Below the pieces are notes generated by a model. The model was not told the DNA's origin, did not search any database, and saw nothing but the letters and a program-made list of their open reading frames with translations. The position numbers were made by a program, and so were the translations under genes. Of a DNA stretch of 64,000 nt, positions 63,701 to 64,000 are shown piece by piece (position 1 is the first letter of the stretch; each line of letters starts with the position of its first letter). Origin of the DNA: Lingula anatina (Eukaryota; Animalia; Brachiopoda); the NCBI GenBank assembly GCA_051362555.1, contig CM120644.1, positions 10,748,567 through 10,812,566 on the forward strand, written 5' to 3'.

Positions 63701-64000
63701 GGGACACTACTTCATTACTTACATATTTGCATATGTGTCATAGAAGAGGTCAAATTGATTATAATGCAATAAATCAAATGCATAAATTGACTTATCATCT
63801 GAAAGTACAACAATTATTTGTCAAATATATTTTCGAGTCAAACTGTGAAATCAGTCTGACTGAAGCCCCAGACTTGGAGACCACTTTGTACCACTAGATC
63901 TAAATAATTGCATTTAAATGTAATATAGGAACCAATCTTCTGCCCCATTTGATTAATCTGTATTGATATGTCTACTGATTATTCTGCATGTTAGTATATA

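Overview
Eukaryotic, AT-rich genomic DNA from an animal. It has spliceosomal introns, microsatellites and many MITEs, and is most likely a marine invertebrate (inference only). The ORF track uses bacterial-style starts and misses the spliced genes. All genes I can support are on the minus strand. (1) A tandem array of three intronless paralogs (5025-6347, 11083-12348, 19360-20598) encodes ~410-440 aa type II membrane proteins with a DxD-like motif (YYIF[V/I/M]DDDV), so they are putative GT-A-fold glycosyltransferases of no family I can name. A truncated fourth copy lies at ~8.9-9.0 kb. (2) A 4-exon gene (22852-26453) encodes a secreted protein: signal peptide, chitin-binding type-2-like domain, Pro/Thr-rich linker with 20-aa repeats, and a PAN/apple-like domain. 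(3) A LYPD6/LYPD6B-like three-finger (LU-domain) gene has four coding exons (33604-35301) and a probable 5'UTR exon at 38580-38647. It lies in a CpG-poor domain that runs from ~30.7 kb to the window end and is probably mostly long 5' introns. Non-autonomous DNA transposons show target-site duplications (TSDs) of 2, 3, 4 (TTAA), 5, 7 and 9 bp. I found no rRNA, tRNA or CRISPR array.
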